A stretch of DNA of 64,000 bases from a virus (taxonomy: Duplodnaviria; Caudoviricetes). Shown here one piece after another: positions 10,645 through 20,290 of the stretch. A program made the position numbers and the translations under genes. The stretch lies in the IMG/VR virus record IMGVR_UViG_3300032007_001727; one strand, written 5' to 3'. The notes under the pieces were generated by a model. The model was given only the letters and a program-made list of their open reading frames with translations. It searched no databases and had not been told where the DNA came from. Positions within the stretch are counted from its first letter, which is position 1; each line of letters opens with the position of its first letter.

Positions 10645-11826
10645 TCAAATATTTTTTAAAAATTGAGTTAAATCTTCAAGATTGAAAAACATATTATTGT
10701 CATTATAAAGGCTTGATTCCAATGCATATTTCTTGAATTCAGCCGGAATATAGTAGATTAGTTGAATTGAGTTCTCCATACTGAGCCTATTCTTAACTGT
10801 GTCTCTGTGGATGGTTGAAGATACCATCTGTTCATCATAAATTCCACCGCTGAAGAAGTGTTGCTGACCTTGACATTCAATTGCAAGACTTAAACTTGGA
10901 ATGAATACGTCATATTTCATCTTATAGTTTGTCAAATCATTCTTAAGCCAATCAAAACTGACTTGTCTATCAAATGAAATGTTCTTTTCTTTCAGAAATA
11001 AACATAATTTTTCCTCCAATTTGCTAGTTGAACATCTTGGGCATCCGCTTTTATTATATAAATGATTAAACGGCTTCACTTTAAAGTCACCGTGAATGGG
11101 ACAAGTGATAATAACGTCGGTTTTATTGTTAATGTAATCTACTTTTGAATAATCGTACTTGTTTCCGTGTATTTTTTTAGCCTTTTCAATGAAAGTGTCT
11201 GAGTCGAGGGATAAAGTCTTGGCAACCTTGTTAAGGCCGCAAAGCGGACATCCGTTACCACTTAGATGATAACTAGCCTTTTGTTTGAACTCTCCGTGTT
11301 GCGGGCATATAATAACAAGAGGTTCGAACGGCGATTTATATTCACTCCTTGAATAGTCATACTTGTTCCCATGAACCGTTTTGGCCTTCTTGATGAAGTC
11401 ATCAGTGGTCATTACAGTGTGTGTTTTTTCAATTCCACACCTAGGGCATCCCTTACCTTGCAAGTGTACGTTAGGTTTTTGTTCAAATTCCCCGTGCTTG
11501 GGACAAATTATCTTGACCAAAGTATTAGTGTTAACATATTCAACCATTGAATAGTCATATTTGTCCCCATGTACACCATTAGCCTTCTTGATGAACGTTT
11601 CAGTTGTATCGGAACAAAGCCTTTTACCCGCTTCCGTCTTGCATTTTGGACAACCTTGTCCGCGAAGGTGGGCATTTGGTCTTTGTTTGAACTCTCCGTG
11701 TTCCGGACATATAATATCTACAAGCGTTTGACTATTCACATATTCAACCTTGGAGTAGTCATACTTGTTTTTATGTTTTTCACTTGCTTTTGCGATAAAT
11801 TCTTCTTTTGTCATCTTTTTTCCCAT
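10645..11826 (-). CDS. Putative homing endonuclease: 4 Zn-ribbon repeats plus nuclease domain
   Basis: HGDKYDYS..EY...ICP.HGEF.Q.P..HL.G.GCP.C x4; YDVFIP...IECQGQQHF; start MGKK at 11826 preferred. Confidence 0.8.
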   Translation of the reverse strand: MGKKMTKEEFIAKASEKHKNKYDYSKVEYVNSQTLVDIICPEHGEFKQRPNAHLRGQGCPKCKTEAGKRLCSDTTETFIKKANGVHGDKYDYSMVEYVNTNTLVKIICPKHGEFEQKPNVHLQGKGCPRCGIEKTHTVMTTDDFIKKAKTVHGNKYDYSRSEYKSPFEPLVIICPQHGEFKQKASYHLSGNGCPLCGLNKVAKTLSLDSDTFIEKAKKIHGNKYDYSKVDYINNKTDVIITCPIHGDFKVKPFNHLYNKSGCPRCSTSKLEEKLCLFLKEKNISFDRQVSFDWLKNDLTNYKMKYDVFIPSLSLAIECQGQQHFFSGGIYDEQMVSSTIHRDTVKNRLSMENSIQLIYYIPAEFKKYALESSLYNDNNMFFNLEDLTQFLKNI

Positions 11827-11918
11827 AAAAAAATGTTTATCTGCATAAAATATACAGATAAACATTTAAAAATGCAAGAAAAACTAAACAAATTTTGTAA
11901 AAAACAGACAAAAAAAGT

Positions 11919-12407
11919 TTAATAGCACAATATTGCATAGTCAAATCTGAGTGTGATTTGTATGGTGCTTAGGTCATCTTGGGAGTAATCTAAATCCCCA
12001 AAGTCCGCAGCGGTAACCATTGTATTCTTCAACACCCACTTGCTGACAACTACACCGGTTGGGTCAAGCATTTCGAGTTCAACGTCTCGCTTGTAACCGG
12101 CTGCATAACCTTGTCGGCCACTTACCGACTCAGAGTGAAGACGAACCCACTCCATGACGGCTTGTGAAGCGGAAGGACCGATGGGGTCTCTAAGCGTCAC
12201 TTGTATCTCATCCCAAGTATAACGGCCAACAACGTAAGTTTCAGTATTTAAGAACTGTATTGGCTTTGCATCTTGCTTAATAGTTGGACGGTGAGCACCT
12301 TGGCACCACCATTCTTGAATTCCTAAATCAGCAGGAAATCTTAAAAGCCATCTATTCTTTCTCAACGGCTCATAATTGAGCGGCATTTTCAATAGTAAGT
12401 CTGACAT
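11919..12407 (-). CDS. Tail tube protein (T4 gp19-like)
   Basis: YEPLRKNRW, GRYTWDEIQVTLRDPIGPSASQAVMEW, MLDPTGVVV, FGDLDY; 162 aa. Confidence 0.88.
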   Translation of the reverse strand: MSDLLLKMPLNYEPLRKNRWLLRFPADLGIQEWWCQGAHRPTIKQDAKPIQFLNTETYVVGRYTWDEIQVTLRDPIGPSASQAVMEWVRLHSESVSGRQGYAAGYKRDVELEMLDPTGVVVSKWVLKNTMVTAADFGDLDYSQDDLSTIQITLRFDYAILCY

Positions 12408-12480
12408 AGTAATTTTATTTTTTTAATCTAGATTATTATTTTAAAATAAATATACAATATCACATTTTTTTAAAAAAATA

Positions 12481-12512
12481 TTTGTTTTTTAAAAAAATTT
12501 TATATATATTTG
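12481..12512 (+). promoter_or_regulatory. Bacteroidota primary-sigma promoter (-33 TTTG / -7 TAnnTTTG)
   Basis: TTTG at 12481, TATATTTG at 12505, 20-nt spacing. Confidence 0.7.
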
Positions 12513-12557
12513 TGTTAAGATGAAAATAAAATTACTATGTGAAAATGCCGTGATACT

Positions 12558-13469
12558 ATGAGCCGTGAAGAAATACTTAAAAGAGTCAAAACTAATGGTC
12601 AAGATAAATATGACTTATCTTTTATTGAAGATTCTAATGTAAATGAGAAAATTAAAGTTATATGTCGGGTTCACGGTGAATTTTATCCTAGATTGGACCA
12701 CTTCTTGAATGGTAGCGGATGTCCTTATTGTAGCGGAAAAATCCGTGGAACATTTGAAAAGTTTAAAGAAAGGGCCATGTTGCTTCATAATGGTAAATAT
12801 GAATATTTGGACACTAACTATATCAACGCACATACTAAAATAAGGATAAAGTGCCCCATTCATGGTGAATTTTGGCAAACCCCAACAAATCATTTGAATG
12901 GAAATGGGTGTCCAAAATGTAAGGCAGAGGAAATATCAAAGAAATTATCATCATCTTTGGATACTTTTATAAATAAGGCGAAATTAGTACATGGGGATAA
13001 GTATGATTACTCAAAAGTGGAGTATGTGAATAACCATACAAAAGTTTGCATAGTATGCCCTATTCATGGTGAATTTTGGCAAACCCCAATGTGTCATTTA
13101 AGTGGTAAGGGTTGTAAGTTTTGTAATGAGAGCCATTTGGAAAAGGAAATTCGGAACCTACTTTCTGAAAACAATATTTGCTATGAATATCAATGGCATT
13201 TACCTTGGTCAAAATATTATAGTTTGGATTTTTATCTTCCAAAATACAACGTAGGAATCGAATGTCAAGGCGGTCAACATTTTGAACCGGTTGAACATTT
13301 TGGCGGTGAAAGGGAGTTTGAAATTGTAAAGGAGAGGGATGAAAGGAAAAGGGTTCTTTGTTCTGAAAACGGCGTGAGGTTGCTGTATTATTCAAACATT
13401 GAGGGCAAAGGTTGTATAACCGACAAGTCCGTACTTATGGAAAACATTAAAAAAGGAGAACCGCGTTAA
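12558..13469 (+). CDS. Putative homing endonuclease: 3 Zn-ribbon repeats plus nuclease domain
   Basis: CPIHGEFWQTP..HL.G.GC repeats; LDFYLPKYNVGIECQGGQHF. Confidence 0.8.
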   Translation: MSREEILKRVKTNGQDKYDLSFIEDSNVNEKIKVICRVHGEFYPRLDHFLNGSGCPYCSGKIRGTFEKFKERAMLLHNGKYEYLDTNYINAHTKIRIKCPIHGEFWQTPTNHLNGNGCPKCKAEEISKKLSSSLDTFINKAKLVHGDKYDYSKVEYVNNHTKVCIVCPIHGEFWQTPMCHLSGKGCKFCNESHLEKEIRNLLSENNICYEYQWHLPWSKYYSLDFYLPKYNVGIECQGGQHFEPVEHFGGEREFEIVKERDERKRVLCSENGVRLLYYSNIEGKGCITDKSVLMENIKKGEPR

Positions 13470-13509
13470 ACACGGTTCCCCCTTTCAACTAAAATTAACT
13501 AAAAACAAC

Positions 13510-14640
13510 TTAAATGTTTCTCTTCTTGTTTCGTTCTATGCTTTCACCATAAGGGTAACGCATGGCATGATATCGCGCAAGGTTTCCTGCCGCCTTTTCC
13601 CTAGGTGTGTAAACAGCCTTGTCCCTTGTGTCTCTGAAATTCTTGTAGAATTCTCTTTTTCTCTCTTGGTTTGCCAAGTGTGGGATGAATTTTGCCGTTC
13701 CTTTGGTGTATTCCGGTTCTTCATAATCATCCTCATCTTCATAGTCATCATCCTCATCATCTTCTTCATAATCGTCATCCTCATCATCATCTTCGCCGTA
13801 GTTTCCGTCTATATAGTCACTGACGGTACAAGCGGTGACCACGTTATAGTCTTGCGGTGACCTAAATATTATGGTATAACCATATAATTCATCAACCGTT
13901 GCAACATTTGCATTCTCCAAGTCATTTAAAATATCTTCAAATTCTTCCGGTGACGGCTGTTGGTTTTCATAGAAACCAATCATTTCTAGGTGCGGCCAAA
14001 CACGTCCCATGAAACGACCTTCCGCAAAAAACGAATCAAAATTAGTGCCTACATCCCCAAGGGCGTAATTTATACTTTCTTTGGTATCAAAATCCGTATC
14101 TTCAATGGTTGTTTGAAGACAACGGTCAGTTAATGTCTGATTATCAATTAAACCATTCCCGTCCAAGGCATTTTCAACAACTTCTCGTGCAATATTTCTT
14201 GGTATGGAGTTACAATTATCATCAACCCACTCATCTATGTCAATGGAATCTGTGCCGTCCTCTGAAACATATAAACCTTGGTCCTCGTCGTAAGTATGAC
14301 CATACGTCTTGAAGTCTTCTAGCAAGTTTTCCACCTCTTCAATGAAATAGTACGAATTTTCTTTGTAAATATCATAGAGGCAACTTTCGACATATTCTTT
14401 TACACATTGTCCAAAAGGACTTAAATGAGTAGAGTATGCTTCTCCTATTGAAAATACCGGAGAACCGTTATACTCTATTGGCCAATACCCAAACGGGTAT
14501 CCGAAATCACAATCCCAAACTGCCTCGTATTCCTCTCCGGTTTTTTCGTTGCGGTAGTACGGATGGTCCGTTCCGGCTTGGTATTCATTATTACCTTCCA
14601 ACAGTATTTTCTGAGATTCAAGCAAGTGTATTTTTTTCAT
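13510..14640 (-). CDS. Acidic hypothetical protein, possible head-internal protein
   Basis: Start MKKIHLLESQKILLE at 14640; D/E/Y low-complexity tract. Confidence 0.65.
   Translation of the reverse strand: MKKIHLLESQKILLEGNNEYQAGTDHPYYRNEKTGEEYEAVWDCDFGYPFGYWPIEYNGSPVFSIGEAYSTHLSPFGQCVKEYVESCLYDIYKENSYYFIEEVENLLEDFKTYGHTYDEDQGLYVSEDGTDSIDIDEWVDDNCNSIPRNIAREVVENALDGNGLIDNQTLTDRCLQTTIEDTDFDTKESINYALGDVGTNFDSFFAEGRFMGRVWPHLEMIGFYENQQPSPEEFEDILNDLENANVATVDELYGYTIIFRSPQDYNVVTACTVSDYIDGNYGEDDDEDDDYEEDDEDDDYEDEDDYEEPEYTKGTAKFIPHLANQERKREFYKNFRDTRDKAVYTPREKAAGNLARYHAMRYPYGESIERNKKRNI
13720..13800 (-). repeat. Coding low-complexity repeat (EDDDEDDDYE units)
   Basis: Tandem TCATCC/TCATCA arrays on the plus strand. 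Confidence 0.7.
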
Positions 14641-14724
14641 AATAACTTCCTTTTTCTTAATAAATAGACATTTGTGTTTAATTTTGAAAAATAAAAGGTA
14701 TTTTTTATAAAACATGAAATAAGT

Positions 14725-15864
14725 ATGTCATACGGTAGGGAACAAGTGATTGAAATGTGCAGACAAGTACATGGAAATAAGTACGACTATTCAATAACAA
14801 ACGATTGCAGAAATAAATTGGACAAAATTAAGTATGTTTGTCCGATTCACGGTGTTGTCGAACAAATTTTCAATAATCACTTGCAAGGTAAAGGATGTCC
14901 AAAGTGTGCAACTGAAAGCATGAGAGAGAAAAAGACACCAACAAAAGAAGAATTTCTAAGTAAGGCTGAAAAGGTTCATAATTTAAGTGAATATGATTGG
15001 AGTGAATTTAATCTGCTAAATAGGGACAGTAAGGGAAGAGTTCAATTTTGTTGTAGAAAACATGGAAAATATTTTGATTGGCCTTCAAATTTCTTAAAAG
15101 GTCACGGTTGCCACATTTGTTACGGAAAACGAAAGAATGATGAAGAAGTCAAGGAAGAATTGCTGAGATTACATCCTAAATTGGATTTTTCAGAGGCAAA
15201 TTACTCCGAGAAGGATTCTCTAGGCAGATTGAAGGTTTTGTGCCCAAAACACGGGGAACAAAAGATAACATATTGGAACCTAAGAAACGGGCAAGGATGT
15301 TATTGGTGCGGCAGGGAGGCAACTGCCATTAAAAACACAATGACAAATGAAGAATTTATCAATAAGGCAACCAAGATATTTGGTGAGGATTATACTTATG
15401 AACGTCTTGATATGTTTAATAGGGATGAAAATGGTAAGGTTACAATAACTTGTCCCATTCATGGCGATTTTAAGGTTCTCCCGGGTAATTTTTTGAACGG
15501 TGTCGGTTGCCCCGTGTGTTCTGAAAGTAGTCTTGAAGGTGAAATTAGAAGATTTTTGAAAGAAAATGCTGTTATTTTTGAAAGACAGAAGAGATTTGAT
15601 TGGTTGGGAAGGCAAAGTTTGGATTTTTATTTGCCGGAATATAACGTAGCAATTGAGTGTCAAGGTGGGCAGCATTTCAAGTCGGTCGGAAAGTTTGGTG
15701 GCGATAAAACTTTTAAGAGAGTTGTTGAACTAGACGAGAGGAAAAGGGTTCTTTGCGGGGAAAACGGCGTTAGGTTGCTGTATTATTCAAACGAGGCAAT
15801 GGATTTTCCGTATGAGGTGTGTACGGACAAGGAAGAATTGCTGAAAGAAATAAGGGGAGAATAA
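14725..15864 (+). CDS. Putative homing endonuclease: 4 Zn-ribbon repeats plus nuclease domain
   Basis: C..HG...G.GC..C repeats; LDFYLPEYNVAIECQGGQHF; C-terminus nearly identical to that of 12558..13469 (ERKRVLC.ENGVRLLYYSN). Confidence 0.8.
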   Translation: MSYGREQVIEMCRQVHGNKYDYSITNDCRNKLDKIKYVCPIHGVVEQIFNNHLQGKGCPKCATESMREKKTPTKEEFLSKAEKVHNLSEYDWSEFNLLNRDSKGRVQFCCRKHGKYFDWPSNFLKGHGCHICYGKRKNDEEVKEELLRLHPKLDFSEANYSEKDSLGRLKVLCPKHGEQKITYWNLRNGQGCYWCGREATAIKNTMTNEEFINKATKIFGEDYTYERLDMFNRDENGKVTITCPIHGDFKVLPGNFLNGVGCPVCSESSLEGEIRRFLKENAVIFERQKRFDWLGRQSLDFYLPEYNVAIECQGGQHFKSVGKFGGDKTFKRVVELDERKRVLCGENGVRLLYYSNEAMDFPYEVCTDKEELLKEIRGE

Positions 15865-15880
15865 ATTCTCCCCGTACTTT

Positions 15881-16225
15881 TTACTTGCTACCGGTGTTGG
15901 TTAATAACTTATCACTGTCCAAGAAGACATTCTTGAAATACTTGTAAATTTCAGATGTTGGATGGTTTGCGTATTTTCTTAAGCCCTCAATGGCAGTTTC
16001 TCGTATCTTGCCAACTATTGGTTCGTGTTTGATTATTTCTTGCGCGTGTGCGGCAACTTCTGCATCAGAATCATCATGTTCCATTGAATCTTGATGATGC
16101 ATTTCCATGCCCATTTCATCCTCTATGGGCCTATCTTCATCCCCGAAGATATAATCCTCGCTGAGTTGACCCTTAATGGTCTTCAACTCTTCTAGCATGT
16201 TCTTAAAATTCTTAACTTTCTTCAT
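15881..16225 (-). CDS. Hypothetical protein
   Basis: 114-aa ORF with an upstream ATATTTATA motif. Confidence 0.65.
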   Translation of the reverse strand: MKKVKNFKNMLEELKTIKGQLSEDYIFGDEDRPIEDEMGMEMHHQDSMEHDDSDAEVAAHAQEIIKHEPIVGKIRETAIEGLRKYANHPTSEIYKYFKNVFLDSDKLLTNTGSK

Positions 16226-16387
16226 ATAATAAAACGTTTTACTATGTATAAATATTATTGATTTTCTTTTTGTTTCTCAAAATATGCGCTAACCAATTTT
16301 TTCTATAAATATCTTTGAATTTTGGTTTGGCCAATGATATTTATAAAGAAAATAACTTAATTAAAATCTTTAAAAAACAAATAATTT

Positions 16388-17001
16388 ATGAAGTACGTTA
16401 AAGAATTTGCAACTGCTGCCGATTATACAGCATATGTTGCCACAGACTACCCAAAGCCAAACGTAAGTTACGTCGTGGCCGATGGTGCTATGCACTACAA
16501 TTCAATTTTACCCCCCCCCCATTCTTCTGTAAACTAACACTTGAGAATGGTTCCGTTGTCGAAATTGAAGGCAGTGGGGAACTTACAAGAGCAATGATAA
16601 GCGGTTACAGTGCAACTTGTGTCAGTGCTGAAATCGGTGAACTTTGCACAAGTATTGGTCAAAGTGCTTTTATGGATTGTTTTGCTATGACAACTTGTAC
16701 CATTGGCAGTGGTGTTACAAGCATTGGTAATTCGGCTTTCGCCGGTTGTTCTAGTTTATCAAGCATAACAATACCAAATGGTGTTACAAGCATTGGTGCT
16801 AGTGCTTTCAATAGTTGCACTAGTTTAACAGCAATAACCTCGCTTGCCACAACAGCACCAACAATAACTAATTCTACTTTCAGAAATGTTAAGAGAGAAG
16901 GTACTCTCTATGTTCCAACTAGTAGTAGCGGCTATGATGTTTGGATGGGAAGTCGTGATTATTACTTAGGTAAGTATAATTGGACAAAGGTCGAACAATA
17001 A
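16388..17001 (+). pseudogene. BspA/LRR_5 leucine-rich-repeat protein, frameshifted at a C10 tract
   Basis: ATG at 16388 (MKYVKEFATAADY...) stops at 16537; the frame after C10 (16511-16520) continues PFFCKLTLENG... into TIGSGVTSIGNSAFAGCSSLSSITIPNGVTSIG repeats; C11 or C8 restores one ORF. Confidence 0.8.
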
Positions 17002-17010
17002 CAATAATAA

Positions 17011-17046
17011 AAAAGGTGACTCAAATGAGTCACCTTTCTTCTTTTT
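17011..17046. terminator. Bidirectional terminator
   Basis: AAAGGTGACTCA/TGAGTCACCTTT between convergent genes. Confidence 0.75.
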
Positions 17047-17121
17047 TACTGTACTTACCAATACTACCACTACGTGAAACTGCATGAATAGGAATGGACA
17101 ACCATAAAGTATGTAATTGCC

Positions 17122-18261
17122 CTAAAATCCTATTTTTCCTTTCTTTGTTTCGGCACCGTTGTCTTCGACATTATAAATGTCTGCCAATGACATTGGTTCT
17201 GTTGCGCTAGGAAGGAGTGCCTTTGTCTTTTCCAATGACAGTTTCTTAAACTCATATATCATAGATAATCTTCCCTTTCTGAGGACTGCGCTGTCAATTT
17301 TGTTCTTTGGACAGTTAAATGTGCAAATGAACTTGATTCCGAATGTTTCTCCTATCATTCCGTCCGTTAGGTTCAACATGGAGTTTAGGAAGCGGTTACC
17401 TTCGTTTCTGTCCGTGAAGAGTTTTTCACAATCTTCCATGATAAACACTGCATGCTTGTTCTCTGACAAGAATTCAAATACCTTTGAATCGCTGAATGTT
17501 GAGAGTATGTTGAAATCGAAATAGATAAACTCAACATCCGGCACGTCATGGATTATTTTCTTGATAATGGATGTTTTTCCGGTGCCGGGTTCACCGTGGA
17601 GCAAGATAAGTTCCTCCGTATTTGATTTTACCAATGAAACCAACTTGTCATAGTTCAAGTCATCGTTATAGTTTGACTTGATGTCGCAGTCAAATTCCTT
17701 TATATCGAGTCTTGTGGTTCTTAGGCCGTAACTTGAGTTTGTGCAGACTGATAGGTTGTTCTGTCTTCGACTGCCGTTCGGAGTCTCAACCAAGTTGGAT
17801 ATGATGAATTTCTCTATTTCCCCTATGTTGGACGGGTCATCCACGTAAACGCTGATTCCTATAATCTTTCGTATTGCCACACCTTCGTAGTGGGCAGTTC
17901 TGAATGCTATTAGCCCGTAGTCCGTGAACACGAACCCCGATTTATTGAAGACAATGAAATGCCCCATTGACTTTAGGGTGTCTAGGAATGAGTACTCTAT
18001 TGTGATATTGGACAGACCGTCCAAGTTCATGTTATTGTATTTTTCATTATATTCTATCAGATGACCCATGAAGACCACACTTTTAAGTGTCTTTGAATAT
18101 TTTGCGTAAAATTCAAACGGTAATGTCTTGTTGTACACATTCACGACCATTGAGTCGTTTGTCGTGAATCCGTCCTCCATTTCACTTGTGTTTGCACCTC
18201 CCTTGAACGATTTCACGTATTCAATGAAATTGTTGTAATATTGATTGTAGTTTTTAAACAT
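17122..18261 (-). CDS. AAA-family ATPase
   Basis: Walker A LLHGEPGTGKT, Walker B FIMEDCE, second region of homology DSAVLRKGRL, C-terminal KIGF. Confidence 0.88.
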   Translation of the reverse strand: MFKNYNQYYNNFIEYVKSFKGGANTSEMEDGFTTNDSMVVNVYNKTLPFEFYAKYSKTLKSVVFMGHLIEYNEKYNNMNLDGLSNITIEYSFLDTLKSMGHFIVFNKSGFVFTDYGLIAFRTAHYEGVAIRKIIGISVYVDDPSNIGEIEKFIISNLVETPNGSRRQNNLSVCTNSSYGLRTTRLDIKEFDCDIKSNYNDDLNYDKLVSLVKSNTEELILLHGEPGTGKTSIIKKIIHDVPDVEFIYFDFNILSTFSDSKVFEFLSENKHAVFIMEDCEKLFTDRNEGNRFLNSMLNLTDGMIGETFGIKFICTFNCPKNKIDSAVLRKGRLSMIYEFKKLSLEKTKALLPSATEPMSLADIYNVEDNGAETKKGKIGF

Positions 18262-18296
18262 ATGTTTTGGATGTGTAAAATTGATTAATATTGGTG

Positions 18297-18328
18297 CAAA
18301 GATATATATTTTTTTTCAAAAAAACAAG
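18297..18328 (-). promoter_or_regulatory. Bacteroidota-type promoter for the AAA ATPase gene
   Basis: Minus strand reads CTTG...TATCTTTGCA. Confidence 0.6.
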
Positions 18329-18382
18329 AAAATCTATTTCATTTTTTCCTAAATGTCTTATTTTTTATAAAAAGGATAAACT

Positions 18383-19336
18383 ATGGATACAAAGAATTTG
18401 GACATTTTCATATGTACACATAAGGACTTTAAATGTCCGGTAACGAATGATGTCTATAAGGTGCTAGACATGAGAAATATTGATGCTAGCATGATGCATG
18501 AGGGCATTAAGAACAGCAGTTTCTATTCTGAGATTATAGGAATGATGTATGTCAGAAAGAATCTTGAACTTAAGAAGTATGTCGGGTTCTGTCAATATAG
18601 AAGGTATTTTTCATTTATGGATGAGATTCCGGACATGGATGAGATATGCAAGGAATATGACTGCGTCATCGCAAAGCCGATAAAGTTCAATGGATGTGTA
18701 AGAGAGCAATATGCAATATATCACAATGAAAAGGACTTGGATATTGTGGATGACATTATAAGGGAGAAGTTTAAAGACTATTATAAGGCATGGTTTCTGT
18801 ATCTTAACGGCAGTATATTCATCCCGTATAACATGTTCATTATGAAGAAAGAGGACTTTATCGACTATATCGACTTTATCGAGGGTGTGTTGAATGAATA
18901 TATCGATAGGGTAGGAAGCGATATCGAGAAGAGGATAGAGGACAATAAGGAAGACTATATCAAAGATTTCCCGCCGTCAAATTCAGCGGAATTCCAATAT
19001 AGGGTCGGCGGATATTTGGCTGAGAGGCTTACCCCGGTGTTTATGATTAACAGATTTAAGTCAATGAAGCCATACATGGTAAAAATAACACAAAAGAAAA
19101 ATGAGACTATTAGCAATGGAGAGGAAAATGAACCTAAATCAAGAGACAATTCAGAGCAGCAGCAAGAGCAGCCTAAAACAAGAAAAAGAAGCAGAAGTAA
19201 GAGTAAAGGTGAGTCAGTACAAGATGTTGAGCAACACACTGTGCGAACTGATGACGAAAAGAAAGCCACAAAACGTGGTAGGAAACCCAAGAGTGATGGA
19301 AAAACTAAGAGCGGAACTAGAGGAGACGGTGAATGA
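18383..19336 (+). CDS. DUF4422-like (glycosyltransferase-associated) protein with a basic disordered tail
   Basis: IFICTHK, YVGFCQYRRYF, YNMFIMKK, RVGGYLAERL motifs. Confidence 0.78.
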   Translation: MDTKNLDIFICTHKDFKCPVTNDVYKVLDMRNIDASMMHEGIKNSSFYSEIIGMMYVRKNLELKKYVGFCQYRRYFSFMDEIPDMDEICKEYDCVIAKPIKFNGCVREQYAIYHNEKDLDIVDDIIREKFKDYYKAWFLYLNGSIFIPYNMFIMKKEDFIDYIDFIEGVLNEYIDRVGSDIEKRIEDNKEDYIKDFPPSNSAEFQYRVGGYLAERLTPVFMINRFKSMKPYMVKITQKKNETISNGEENEPKSRDNSEQQQEQPKTRKRSRSKSKGESVQDVEQHTVRTDDEKKATKRGRKPKSDGKTKSGTRGDGE

Positions 19337-19808
19337 GATAGAGGCGTTGAACAAGGAAATTGATGCACTTGAGATTACCAATGACTCCAAAGAGCCAAAT
19401 GAAGACACTTCTTGGAGAATTATCCATAAGTTGCTCGGTGATTCCGTGTCAATTGAATTCTCTGACTTGATTCCAAGTGAAATGATTAACTGCTTGAGTA
19501 GGCAATGTGGACCAAATGGGTTATATATGTCAATCACGGATTTTGTATGTGAGTACGGACTAACCGAGAATGAAAGCGTCAGATATTCACTCATTGAAGT
19601 CCTAAATGACATCAAGACAAATTCCGGTAAGTTTGATATAACAGTAAAAAGACTTACAACTGACGGAAAGGTTCTATGCTATACTATTTTCAAAGATTGT
19701 GAGATTACTTCAATACGTATGTCTGACATAGGTCACTCAATAGACGGATTTTCAAAAGTTGCTGTCTATGTTTCTTATGGTGATGAGGTAAATGGAACAG
19801 TTAACTAA
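19296..19808 (+). CDS. Divergent tail-tube-like protein
   Basis: C-terminal half aligns by eye with the tube protein at 11919 (DITVKRLTTDG..TIFKDC..SDIGHS vs DVELEMLDPTG..WVLKNT..GDLDYS); start at 19296 preferred. Confidence 0.5.
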   Translation: MEKLRAELEETVNEIEALNKEIDALEITNDSKEPNEDTSWRIIHKLLGDSVSIEFSDLIPSEMINCLSRQCGPNGLYMSITDFVCEYGLTENESVRYSLIEVLNDIKTNSGKFDITVKRLTTDGKVLCYTIFKDCEITSIRMSDIGHSIDGFSKVAVYVSYGDEVNGTVN

Positions 19809-20283
19809 GAGAAACACGCAAGCAAGTGGAAAGAAGAAGAAAAAGACCCTGAGGCCCAAAAGAAAACACAAGCAATTATATGGAACGTCAAAGTTGGAAG
19901 AGGATTTTGCAAGTGACTTCTTGGATAAATTGGGTGTCGAGTATGAATATCAGTATGAGGCCAAGGATATTGGGCGGTTCTACGACTTCAAGGTGAAGGA
20001 CGGCCCAATAATAGAAATACAAGGCTCGTATTGGCACGGTGACGCTAGGATATATGAGGAGAAGGACTTGAATCAGATTCAGAGAAAGAACATGCGTATC
20101 GATGAGTATAAGCAGAAATGGGCACTAATGCACGGCATTCCAATATATTATATATGGGAGAAGGATATCAGAGAGAATCCTAAAATGGTAATGGATGAAC
20201 TGAAGAGAATATTATATATTGAGGATAAGAAGAAAGAAACGGCCACGAATAAAAGAAAAAGACACGTTAACAAGATTAAGTAA
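19792..20283 (+). CDS. Vsr/DUF559-like endonuclease
   Basis: SKLE, YDF, IEIQGSYWHG, D..K...A..HG..IYYIWE. Confidence 0.75.
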   Translation: MEQLTKRNTQASGKKKKKTLRPKRKHKQLYGTSKLEEDFASDFLDKLGVEYEYQYEAKDIGRFYDFKVKDGPIIEIQGSYWHGDARIYEEKDLNQIQRKNMRIDEYKQKWALMHGIPIYYIWEKDIRENPKMVMDELKRILYIEDKKKETATNKRKRHVNKIK

Positions 20284-20290
20284 GAAAAAA

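Noticed and set aside
19101-19295. Long 5' overlaps of ORFs 19101, 20219, 22109 and 46423 as dual-coding regions
   Set aside because: Downstream ATGs near the upstream stops (or the frameshift for 22109) explain them.
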